51,879 bases of DNA from Candidatus Buchananbacteria bacterium RIFCSPLOWO2_01_FULL_39_33 (lineage in GTDB: Bacteria; Patescibacteriota; Patescibacteriia; 2-01-FULL-39-33), in the NCBI GenBank assembly GCA_001817505.1, contig MHIM01000012.1, positions 1 through 51,879 of the forward strand, given 5' to 3'. The position numbers and the translations under genes are program-made. The notes under the pieces were generated by a model, which did no database searches, was not told the DNA's origin, and worked only from the letters and a program-made list of their open reading frames with translations. Of this stretch, positions 35,375 through 43,855 are shown in pieces. Numbering within the stretch: position 1 is the stretch's first letter; every line of letters begins with the position of its first letter.

Positions 35375-36466
35375 ATGGATATCAGAAAAACCGTATTAAT
35401 TACGGGTACAACTGGTGCTATTGGATCGATGCATCTCTTAGAACTGCTCAAACGAAACTATCGAGTTATTTGTCTTGTTCGGGGCAATGATGAAGTTGAT
35501 CGATTTAAGCGATTAGCTGCTGTAGTCGGTCAAGATATAGCTTCTCGAGTTCAAATTATTAATGGTGAAATTACTCAACCATTAGCTGGTGTTGGTTGGG
35601 AAATTATTAACAGATTAAGGGGAGAAGTTGATATCGTAATTCACCATGCCGGTTCAATTAAATTTGATCGCAAATGGCAAAATGAGATTATGGCCACTAA
35701 TATTGGTGGAACCGCTAATATGTTAACTTTAGCTAAAGCTTTGTCGGTGAATTATTTTTGTTATGATAGCACGGCTTATACTCTAAACCAGATACCCCGC
35801 AATCCTTATGAAGAATCCAAACAAGTAGCAGAAAAAATGGTACTTGATTGGCACAGCGGCAAGTCAATGGTTTGGCGTCCAAGTATTGTGGTCGGCCGTC
35901 TATCAGACGGCGTAACCCACGGCTTTAATGGCTATTATGGATTTTTTTCTGGGTTTTTCAAACTTAAAGAGCATCTATCTAAAAAATGGGCTCTTAACCC
36001 AGAGCAGTGTCGAGTTGAAGGGTTTGAATTTACCGAGAAAGGAATATTGATTTTATCCCAACCTCTCTGTATTGATTATTCTCGCGAATCAACTCTTAAC
36101 TTGGTAGCGGTTAACTGGGCAGTTTCAGCTATGACCGATCTAATGGAAACAGCCAGGTGGAACACAGCTTATAATGTAGTAAGTACTGATCCACCGAAAG
36201 TAGCTTGGGTCATTGAGCGCTCTTTTGACATTTTAGGAATTGAGAATGTAAAACGTTTAACTGGCAATATTAATGTTGGGATGACTAGCTTTTGGCGCAA
36301 TATTCAAACCACCATCAATAGCCAATTGGAACGTTTTTGGCCATACATCAATTATGAGCCAGTGTTTATCTCTGATGCTTTAACTCCAGCACCAATTGTG
36401 GATTTGCAGTTTCTCAAGATTATGCTTCAATATGCTATTCAAGAAAATTTTGGCTACAGGAAATAA
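35375..36466 (+). CDS. SDR-family NAD(P)-dependent reductase (acyl/thioester reductase-like, NAD_binding_4 type)
   Basis: TGTTGAIG Rossmann motif, YEESK catalytic Tyr-x3-Lys, HHAGS. Confidence 0.7.
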   Translation: MDIRKTVLITGTTGAIGSMHLLELLKRNYRVICLVRGNDEVDRFKRLAAVVGQDIASRVQIINGEITQPLAGVGWEIINRLRGEVDIVIHHAGSIKFDRKWQNEIMATNIGGTANMLTLAKALSVNYFCYDSTAYTLNQIPRNPYEESKQVAEKMVLDWHSGKSMVWRPSIVVGRLSDGVTHGFNGYYGFFSGFFKLKEHLSKKWALNPEQCRVEGFEFTEKGILILSQPLCIDYSRESTLNLVAVNWAVSAMTDLMETARWNTAYNVVSTDPPKVAWVIERSFDILGIENVKRLTGNINVGMTSFWRNIQTTINSQLERFWPYINYEPVFISDALTPAPIVDLQFLKIMLQYAIQENFGYRK

Positions 36467-36485
36467 TGGATAAAAAGGAGGTGTC

Positions 36486-37583
36486 ATGAAATATGTAATT
36501 GCTGATGGAGTTATCAAATTATTTCAATTAGAGAGTAATAGAGTTTTTTCGATTGATATTTATAAATATTTTCCTCGTTATTTAATTGATAAACCCAGTC
36601 TAGAATGTGGTTGGTTTAAATATTGGTGCTTGCAGTTTATACAATTCTTAATTTGTAGTGGCATTAAACTGTTTCTTTGTCCCAGAAAGGGTGAGGTTGG
36701 TAATCTTTCTCGGGAAGAAGTGGCAAGTGTATATGATCGAGAAGCAAATACTTATGATGGTAAGCACCATCTTACCACTCATGGAGCAGATATTAACTGG
36801 AGGCGAAAAGCAGCAGCAGCTGTTGTTACGATTGGTCGTTTACGTACAAGTCAAAATCGTTCAGATGTTTTTAATGTTCTTGATCTTTGTACTGGTACAG
36901 GACTGACTGTTTGTGAAATTTTGCGCCAACTAGCCATTTGGAATATTCCAGCCGAAGTGATTGGCCTTGATTATAATCAAAAAATGCTACAACATGCACA
37001 AAATAGGAAGTTAGTTGATTGCAATATTAAGACAATATTTGTTCGCGGTGACGCTATGGATCTTTATTCTGATTTATCTTCTAGTCAGACATCAGATCTA
37101 ATACAATTCCCAGCTGGAACTTTTGATATTATTACTCAGATGTTTGGGATTGGCGGCATTAATAATCCTATTAGGGTTTTTGAAGGAGTGATTAATATCC
37201 TTAAACCGGAAGGTCAATTTTTTCTCATTGATATGCACATGCCAATAGTCGAGCAGGCTGGTGAAATGTTTCTTTTTAAATGGTTTAAATTTCCCTCATT
37301 GGAAATGATGACTTATTGGAAAACAACAGTTCCATTAGCTCTATCTCGTCTTTGGGGATGGAGAGATTCAACTTTAGATTTTTATCTTCTACCACTTATT
37401 ACCTGTCAAGATGCGCAGGGTGTGTTGTGGGGTTTTGAAGTTGTTAATTTTGAAGTAGAATCCCAAATCTGGTGGTTGGGGTTGCCAATTATGCCGGTTG
37501 GCAGCATAGTTGTTAAAAAAATAGAAATTACTCTAGAAGAGATGAACAAGCGCCAGGCGCTTCTATTGATGGTAATCGCTTGA
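36486..37583 (+). CDS. class I SAM-dependent methyltransferase with N- and C-terminal extensions
   Basis: VLDLCTGTGL (motif I), GLDYNQKML, GDAMDL, LKPEGQFFLIDMH. Starts 20 nt after the reductase stop with a GGAGG SD. Confidence 0.7.
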   Translation: MKYVIADGVIKLFQLESNRVFSIDIYKYFPRYLIDKPSLECGWFKYWCLQFIQFLICSGIKLFLCPRKGEVGNLSREEVASVYDREANTYDGKHHLTTHGADINWRRKAAAAVVTIGRLRTSQNRSDVFNVLDLCTGTGLTVCEILRQLAIWNIPAEVIGLDYNQKMLQHAQNRKLVDCNIKTIFVRGDAMDLYSDLSSSQTSDLIQFPAGTFDIITQMFGIGGINNPIRVFEGVINILKPEGQFFLIDMHMPIVEQAGEMFLFKWFKFPSLEMMTYWKTTVPLALSRLWGWRDSTLDFYLLPLITCQDAQGVLWGFEVVNFEVESQIWWLGLPIMPVGSIVVKKIEITLEEMNKRQALLLMVIA

Positions 37584-37619
37584 ATATTTTAATATTGTTG
37601 AAAGACAATAACTTAATAA

Positions 37620-37652
37620 CCCGCATTGATTTTAGATCAGTGCGGGCTTTTT
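37620..37652 (+). terminator. intrinsic terminator
   Basis: CCCGCA (37620-37625) pairs with TGCGGG (37641-37646), followed by CTTTTT. Confidence 0.7.
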
Positions 37653-37696
37653 AAATTAACTGTGAAATGATATTATTATAAGGAAATAAGAATATC

Positions 37697-39334
37697 ATGA
37701 ATATATTTGCTATATCAGGATTACTTATTGTAGTCACTTGCAGTGTGATGACTTTTTTAATGTTTGTGCAAGGCAGTGAACGATCTCATCGAATCTGGGG
37801 TATTTTTTGTATTACCGTGTTTTTTTGGGGTATTGGCGTATTTAAAATCGCTAGTACCGCTGATCCGGAAATAGCAATCTTTTGGTGGAGGATTGGTTAT
37901 ATTGGTGTTATTTTTATTCCCATAATTTTTACTCATTTTGTTTATGAGTTTTTGAAATTAAAAATAGGCTGGTATATATGGGCATTATACTTATTAGGAG
38001 TTATTTTTTTGTATCTCAATTTATTTACAGATTTATTTATTGGTCAAGTTAGGCTGGTTTTTAATCAGTTTTATTATATTTCCTCTCCCGGACTTTTATA
38101 TAGTTTATTTTTTGTATTATTTATCGTATTTGTTCTTTTCAGCCATATTAAATTATGGCAAGCTCTTAGAAAATCTCATGGAATTTTAAAAGTACAATTA
38201 AAATATTTTTTTTTAGCTACCATAATTGGTTTTAGTGGAGGTACATTGAGTTTTTTACCAGTTTTTAACATAAATTTATATCCATTTTTGAATTTAACCG
38301 TCTTTCTTTACCCCATAATTATGGGGTATGCTATTTTTAAACATCATTTAATGAACATTAGAGTTATTGCTACCGAATTATTTTCCGGTTTTTTAGTAAT
38401 TGTAACTTTTGTTAAAGTATTTTTTTATTCTTCTCTCACAGAATTATTTCTAGGAATTGCAGTATTTTTAATCACTGTTATTTTTTCTATTTTATTAATC
38501 CAATTAGTTTTAAGGGAGGTTAACCGTCGCGAACAAATGGAAATCTTGACCAAGAACTTGCAAAAAGTAACCAAGGATTTAAAAGTGGCTAATAACAAAA
38601 TAGAGAGATTGGACCAAGCCAAGCTGGAATTCTTATCCATCGCTTCCCATCAGCTTCGCACCCCGCTGACTGTTATCAAGGGCTATGTGTCTATGATGCT
38701 GGAAGGCAATTTTGGCCCGATATCCAAACCAATCAAAGAGAATTTAAACAAAATTTATTTGGCTAATGAACGGTTGATAAGTTTAGTGGAGAGTTTGCTC
38801 AATATTTCGCGTATTGAAGCTGGTCGTTTGGAATTTAATATTAAACCCACTAATTTGGTGGCAATAATCGCACCCTTGCTTAGCGGCTTTAAAGAAAAAG
38901 CTAAAGAAAAGAATTCAAAATTGAATTTTTTGCCGGCCAAAAATATTGAACAGGTCTTAGCTGACGCTCAAAAAATAAAAGAAGTGTTAACCCATTTATT
39001 AGACAACGCTATTAAATACACCAATGATGGCACTATTACTTTAAGATTATATCAAGCAGGCCAATCAGTAGTTTTCAGTTGCCAGGATACCGGCCGAAAT
39101 ATTTTAGCGCCGGCCTTACCTGATTTTTTTGATAGATTTATTCAAAAAAATAAAACCGTTACTGCCTTAACTCAAAATACCAACTTAGGTCTTTATTTTT
39201 CTCAAATGGTTATAGAAAAAATGGGTGGAAAACTTTGGGTAGAAAGCGCCGGAGCGAATCAGGGTAATAAATTTTATTTTAGTCTGCCCGGAATCGGTAA
39301 AAATCAAATTAAAAAATTGGGGATTAAAAATTAG
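37697..39334 (+). CDS. multi-TM sensor histidine kinase paralog with degenerate ATP-binding boxes
   Basis: About 7 N-terminal TM helices. H box SIASHQLRTPL and N box LLDNAIKYT are intact. The G1 box reads DTGRN and the G2 box reads NTNLGL, both having lost their glycines. Confidence 0.8.
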   Translation: MNIFAISGLLIVVTCSVMTFLMFVQGSERSHRIWGIFCITVFFWGIGVFKIASTADPEIAIFWWRIGYIGVIFIPIIFTHFVYEFLKLKIGWYIWALYLLGVIFLYLNLFTDLFIGQVRLVFNQFYYISSPGLLYSLFFVLFIVFVLFSHIKLWQALRKSHGILKVQLKYFFLATIIGFSGGTLSFLPVFNINLYPFLNLTVFLYPIIMGYAIFKHHLMNIRVIATELFSGFLVIVTFVKVFFYSSLTELFLGIAVFLITVIFSILLIQLVLREVNRREQMEILTKNLQKVTKDLKVANNKIERLDQAKLEFLSIASHQLRTPLTVIKGYVSMMLEGNFGPISKPIKENLNKIYLANERLISLVESLLNISRIEAGRLEFNIKPTNLVAIIAPLLSGFKEKAKEKNSKLNFLPAKNIEQVLADAQKIKEVLTHLLDNAIKYTNDGTITLRLYQAGQSVVFSCQDTGRNILAPALPDFFDRFIQKNKTVTALTQNTNLGLYFSQMVIEKMGGKLWVESAGANQGNKFYFSLPGIGKNQIKKLGIKN

Positions 39335-39337
39335 TTT

Positions 39338-40984
39338 ATGGATATAAAAAACATAGCGTTAATCATTGTCAGCTTGATTAATCTAATCTTGGGTTTTATT
39401 ATTTTAATTCAGCGTCCAGTCAAAAAATCAAATACTATTTTTAGTTTGATGGTTTTTAATGTGGTTTTATGGGCGGCTATTATTGTTGTTTACCGTCATA
39501 TTGCCCAACTGGAAACAGCTTTGATTTTAGTCCGTTTATTTTTTGCTATTGCTATTTTTATACCTTTGTTTTTTCTATTTTTTACTTTTATTTTTCCTTA
39601 CCAGAAAAAATTATGGAAGAAAACAGTAATTTTTATTATTTGTCTGCCGCCAATTATTATTTTTCTGCTGACTTTGTTCACTAATACTATTATTAGCGGC
39701 CTTCAGCCGGTGGTGGGAGCTGAAAGTTTGATTATTTTTAGCCGCTGGTTCTTTTTTTACGCTCTGACCAGTTCTCTTTATTTTATCTGGACACTGTTAA
39801 ATCTTTTTCTTGATATCTTTAAAACTTCGGGAATTATCAGAACTCAATTAAAATACATTTTTATTGGCTTGTTAGCTTCCTCGATAATTGCGCTCGGCAC
39901 TAATTTATTTATGCCCTGGTTCGGCTATTTCGGTCTTGATTGGATCGGCCAAACCTCAACAGTTATCTGGATAGCTTTTGTGGCTTATGCCTTGGTCAGA
40001 GAGCGGTTAATGGATGTGAAAATTATCACCACCATCTTATTTTCTATTTTTATAGTGGTTATATCGGTCTTTTACATTTTTGAAGCTCAAGATCAATTTG
40101 AATTAATGTCTAGGATATTGATGTTTATTTTAACCCTCGTTTTTATATTGTTGCTGATTAAATCGGTTTTAACCGAAGTCAATCGCCGCGAGGAAATAGA
40201 AAAATTAACCGTTAATCTGCAAATAACCACTAAAGACCTTAAAAGAGTTAATAAAGAATTGAAAAAATTAGATAAAGCCAAATCAGAGTTTTTATCAATT
40301 GCTTCGCATCAACTACGCACTCCTTTAACGGTTATTAAGGGCTATGTTTCGATGATGTTAGAAAACAATTTTGGTCAAGTCCCAAAATTAATTAAGGACA
40401 ATTTAAATAAAGTTTATTTATCTAATGAACGATTGATTAGTTTGGTGGAGAGTTTGCTTAATCTCTCACGCATTGAATCCGGTCATTTGGAGTTTAATAT
40501 CAAACCCGCTGATTTAGCGGAAATAACCAAGTCCATAGTTGAGGGTTTTAAACAAAAAGTCAGCCAAAAAAACTTGAAATTGGAATTTTTGCCGGCTACC
40601 AACATTCCCCAAGTTTTAGTTGACGCTCAAAAAATCAAAGAGGTTATCTCTAATCTAATTGACAATTCCATCAAATACACTAAGACTGGCGGCATTATTA
40701 TCGGGCTTCATCAAGAAAGCCAATCGGTGGTTTTTTCTTGCCAGGATACCGGCATCGGCGTTTTGCCAGAGGACTTGCCCAGGTTGTTTGAAAAATTCGT
40801 CCGGGGCAAGGGTATGATGCAGGTCTATACCGAGGGTACGGGCTTAGGGCTTTATTTTGCCCGCATGGTCATAGAAAATATGGGCGGGCGGATTTGGGTA
40901 GAAAGCGCCGGCCAGGATCAGGGCAGCAAATTTTCTTTCAGTTTGCCGATAGCTGATCAGAGTAAGGTGAAGAAAATTAAATAG
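39338..40984 (+). CDS. multi-TM sensor histidine kinase
   Basis: Paralog of the upstream gene with all boxes intact: SIASHQLRTPL, LIDNSIKYT, DTGIG, GTGLGL. Confidence 0.88.
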   Translation: MDIKNIALIIVSLINLILGFIILIQRPVKKSNTIFSLMVFNVVLWAAIIVVYRHIAQLETALILVRLFFAIAIFIPLFFLFFTFIFPYQKKLWKKTVIFIICLPPIIIFLLTLFTNTIISGLQPVVGAESLIIFSRWFFFYALTSSLYFIWTLLNLFLDIFKTSGIIRTQLKYIFIGLLASSIIALGTNLFMPWFGYFGLDWIGQTSTVIWIAFVAYALVRERLMDVKIITTILFSIFIVVISVFYIFEAQDQFELMSRILMFILTLVFILLLIKSVLTEVNRREEIEKLTVNLQITTKDLKRVNKELKKLDKAKSEFLSIASHQLRTPLTVIKGYVSMMLENNFGQVPKLIKDNLNKVYLSNERLISLVESLLNLSRIESGHLEFNIKPADLAEITKSIVEGFKQKVSQKNLKLEFLPATNIPQVLVDAQKIKEVISNLIDNSIKYTKTGGIIIGLHQESQSVVFSCQDTGIGVLPEDLPRLFEKFVRGKGMMQVYTEGTGLGLYFARMVIENMGGRIWVESAGQDQGSKFSFSLPIADQSKVKKIK

Positions 40985-41078
40985 AAATAAGAAATAGGAA
41001 ATAGGAAATAAGAAATAAGAGATAAGGGGGAAAAAAGTGAAGTAAGAATTAAGAATTATGAATCAAGAAAATTGAATA

Positions 41079-41107
41079 GAAATAGGAAATAAGAAATAGG
41101 AAATAAG
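41079..41107. repeat. left arm of a perfect 29-bp inverted repeat flanking the four-helix-bundle gene
   Basis: GAAATAGGAAATAAGAAATAGGAAATAAG is the exact reverse complement of 41513-41541. Confidence 0.9.
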
Positions 41108-41119
41108 AAAAAAGAAATT

Positions 41120-41506
41120 ATGGACAAAAAGTCACAATATTTAGAATTAAAAGATTTAGAAGTATATGTTGTTTCGAGAAAATATAGTAGTTTTGCTTGG
41201 AATATTTATAGTAGATTAAATTGGCAACAGAAAAAAATAATAGGTGATCAATTTATAAGAAGTACCGACTCAATAAGCGCCAATATCGCAGAAGGATATG
41301 GGCGCTTTCATTATTTAGATAAAAATAAATTTTATTATAATGCTCGTGGTTCTCTTTTAGAGTCACGACATTGGGCTGGATTAATGTTAGAAAGATTAAT
41401 AATTACCAAAGAAGAATTTTCGGTTGTTATTAGATATTTCATTGACATTTCTAAAATGTTGAATAAGCTAATCAAGTCACAAAACAATCGCAAACAACAA
41501 TTATAG
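41120..41506 (+). CDS. four-helix-bundle protein (23S rRNA intervening-sequence protein family)
   Basis: 128 aa. IRSTDSISANIAEGYGRF...YNARGSLLESRHW is the family signature. Confidence 0.85.
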   Translation: MDKKSQYLELKDLEVYVVSRKYSSFAWNIYSRLNWQQKKIIGDQFIRSTDSISANIAEGYGRFHYLDKNKFYYNARGSLLESRHWAGLMLERLIITKEEFSVVIRYFIDISKMLNKLIKSQNNRKQQL

Positions 41507-41512
41507 TTTATC

Positions 41513-41541
41513 CTTATTTCCTATTTCTTATTTCCTATTTC
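41513..41541. repeat. right arm of the 29-bp inverted repeat
   Basis: CTTATTTCCTATTTCTTATTTCCTATTTC. Overlaps the last 7 nt of thrS, including its stop. Confidence 0.9.
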
Positions 41542-43286
41542 TTATTCTTTATTTCTTCTTTAATTTCGCTAATGAAATCTTGAATTTTTTTCGAGCCTTG
41601 ATCGCCCTCGCCACGTTTTCTCACTGCCACGGTTTTTTCTTTTTGTTCTTTTTCACCCACTACTAAAATGTAAGGAATTTTTTGTTTTTCGGCAGTCCTG
41701 ATGCGTTTGCCTAAAGATTCGTCGGACTTATCGATTTTGGCTCGACTATCGGCGGCTTTCATTTTTTCTAAGACCTGGTTGCCGTAATCGTTATATTTTT
41801 CTGAAACCGGAATAATTATGACTTGAATTGGCGCCAGCCAGAGAGGAAAGGCAGCGGCATAATGTTCGATTAGAAAACCAATGAATCTTTCATGGGTGCC
41901 CAGCGGCGCTCGGTGGATGCACAACGGGGTTTTTTCTTCACCCCGGTCATTTTTATAAGTCAAACCAAATCTTGCAGGTATGGCAAAATCCACTTGATTA
42001 GTGGCTAAGGTAAATTCCTTGCCGATAGCGCTCCAAACTTGCACATCAATTTTCGGCCCGTAAAAAGCCGCTTCATTCTTCACTTTGACATAAGGAATAT
42101 AATTTTTTTTCAGAGCCGTTTCAACCATAGCTTCAGTTTTTTGCCAAAGCTTGGCGTTATTAACGTATTTTTTGCCCAAGCCCTCGGGACTATGAGTTGA
42201 AAATCTCATAACATATTTTTCAATGCCAAAAATTTTAAAGTATTTCAGATACATCTGGCAGACAGCGATAAATTCTTGTTCAAATTGGTCTTCGGTGCAA
42301 TAGATATGAGCGTCATTCATTTGCATGGAACGCACGCGCATTAAGCCGAATAATTCTCCGCTTTGTTCATAGCGATAGCAGGTGCCATACTCAGCTAATC
42401 TTAGGGGTAAATCACGATAACTGCGCGGTTCAGAGCCGAAGATTTTATGGTGATGCGGACAATTCATCGGTTTAAGGTAATACTTGATTCCATCTACCTC
42501 CATTGGCGGGAACATACTGTCGGCATAATAAGGCAAGTGTCCGCTTTTTAAATACATAGATTCTTTGCAAATATGCGGTGTCTTAACGCGGACATAGCCA
42601 GCTTCTTTTTCAGTTTCTTTGGCTAACTTTTCCAATTCCTCAATTAAAACTGCGCCATTGGGCAGCCAGAGAGGCAAGCCCGGTCCCACATCATCATCTT
42701 GGATGAAAATTTTAAATTCAGCGCCTAATTTACGGTGGTCTCTTTTTTCCGCTTCCTGAAGCATTATTAAATATTTTTGCAACTCATCTTTGGTATTGAA
42801 AGCCGTGCCATAAATTCTCTGGAGCATTTTGTTTTTCTCATCGCCGCGCCAATAAGCGCCGGCGATTTTTAGAAGCTTAAAATGACCCAATTCTTTGGTC
42901 TTCTCAACATGCGGCCCTCGGCACAAATCCTCAAACTCGCCAACCCGATAGAAACTGACTTTTTTCTCTCCCTCTTTTTGCAATTCTTTAATTAACTCTT
43001 GTTTGTAGGGCTGGTCGGTAGTTTTTTTAAGCGCTTCTTTGATAGTGGTTTCAGTTTTGGTAAATTTCAGTTTTTGCTTAATCAATTCAGCCATTTTTTT
43101 TTCGATTTTTTCCAGGTCATCAGTAGAAAAAGTTTCCCGGCCCAAGTCAAAATCGTAATAAAAGCCCTCATCAATGGTCGGGCCGATGGCGAACTTAACA
43201 TCACCGAAAATTTCTTTGACGGCATAAGCCAGGAGGTGGGAAGTGGAATGGCGGATTTTATCTAAGTTGTGTTTAGCCTCGGGCAT
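41535..43286 (-). CDS. thrS: threonine--tRNA ligase (no TGS domain)
   Basis: HSTSHLLA editing-domain motif near the N-terminus, class II motifs (YRYEQSGE..RVR, GLTYK...HRAPLG), anticodon-binding C-terminus. ATG 43286 preferred; the upstream track extension reads through the promoter. Confidence 0.93.
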   Translation of the reverse strand: MPEAKHNLDKIRHSTSHLLAYAVKEIFGDVKFAIGPTIDEGFYYDFDLGRETFSTDDLEKIEKKMAELIKQKLKFTKTETTIKEALKKTTDQPYKQELIKELQKEGEKKVSFYRVGEFEDLCRGPHVEKTKELGHFKLLKIAGAYWRGDEKNKMLQRIYGTAFNTKDELQKYLIMLQEAEKRDHRKLGAEFKIFIQDDDVGPGLPLWLPNGAVLIEELEKLAKETEKEAGYVRVKTPHICKESMYLKSGHLPYYADSMFPPMEVDGIKYYLKPMNCPHHHKIFGSEPRSYRDLPLRLAEYGTCYRYEQSGELFGLMRVRSMQMNDAHIYCTEDQFEQEFIAVCQMYLKYFKIFGIEKYVMRFSTHSPEGLGKKYVNNAKLWQKTEAMVETALKKNYIPYVKVKNEAAFYGPKIDVQVWSAIGKEFTLATNQVDFAIPARFGLTYKNDRGEEKTPLCIHRAPLGTHERFIGFLIEHYAAAFPLWLAPIQVIIIPVSEKYNDYGNQVLEKMKAADSRAKIDKSDESLGKRIRTAEKQKIPYILVVGEKEQKEKTVAVRKRGEGDQGSKKIQDFISEIKEEIKNKK

Positions 43287-43296
43287 AATTAATAAT

Positions 43297-43325
43297 ATTA
43301 TAGATTTTTTACAAAAAATTTTCAA
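43297..43325 (-). promoter_or_regulatory. thrS promoter placed for a leaderless or near-leaderless mRNA
   Basis: On the minus strand: TTGAAA (43320-43325), 17-nt spacer, TATAAT (43297-43302). The ATG is 10 nt after the -10 box and there is no SD. Confidence 0.5.
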
Positions 43326-43424
43326 CTCTTGACAAAAGACCGCGCTGGTAGTAAATTAGAGGGTATTATAAATTAAAGCGTAGGTTTTAGTAAACTGTAC
43401 CTTGATATCAAAAGGAGAAAATCC

Positions 43425-43760
43425 GTGGGTGAGGAAAGATATATTTTGAGCCGGCGAGTCGCAGACGGCTTTAATGAGGTGATTAAAGCCAAATCAGCGC
43501 CTCTGCCAGAATCGGTGGATTTCAACGCTTTTATTGCCAGCCATTCCTTAGACCCCCTGGAGGTGGCTCAATTCTTGAAAGTTTCTCATGCCGATGTCCA
43601 TAATTTAATCAAATTTGGCGGTTGGATAGAACCGGCAGCTAGAAGCAATTTATTAAAGCTGTTGAGTGAAACTTGCAATCGAAGCCGAAAAGAGTTTTGT
43701 AGGTTTTTAATGGCTCAGGCCGGCAATGTTGGCACTAAGAATATTCCTTTGGGATATTGA
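43425..43760 (+). CDS. hypothetical protein
   Basis: 111 aa. GTG start 8 nt after AAAGGAG. TTGACA-17-TAAATT promoter at 43329-43357. No recognisable motif. Confidence 0.5.
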   Translation: MGEERYILSRRVADGFNEVIKAKSAPLPESVDFNAFIASHSLDPLEVAQFLKVSHADVHNLIKFGGWIEPAARSNLLKLLSETCNRSRKEFCRFLMAQAGNVGTKNIPLGY

Positions 43761-43785
43761 TTTCAAGATTGAATCAGTTCAAAGT

Positions 43786-43820
43786 AATAACCGTTTCTTT
43801 TTAGAAACGGTTATTTTTAT
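43786..43820 (+). terminator. intrinsic terminator
   Basis: AATAACCGTTTC pairs with GAAACGGTTATT, followed by a T-run. Confidence 0.75.
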
Positions 43821-43855
43821 TTGAATAATTGAGTATTTTGGGATAGAATAAATTA

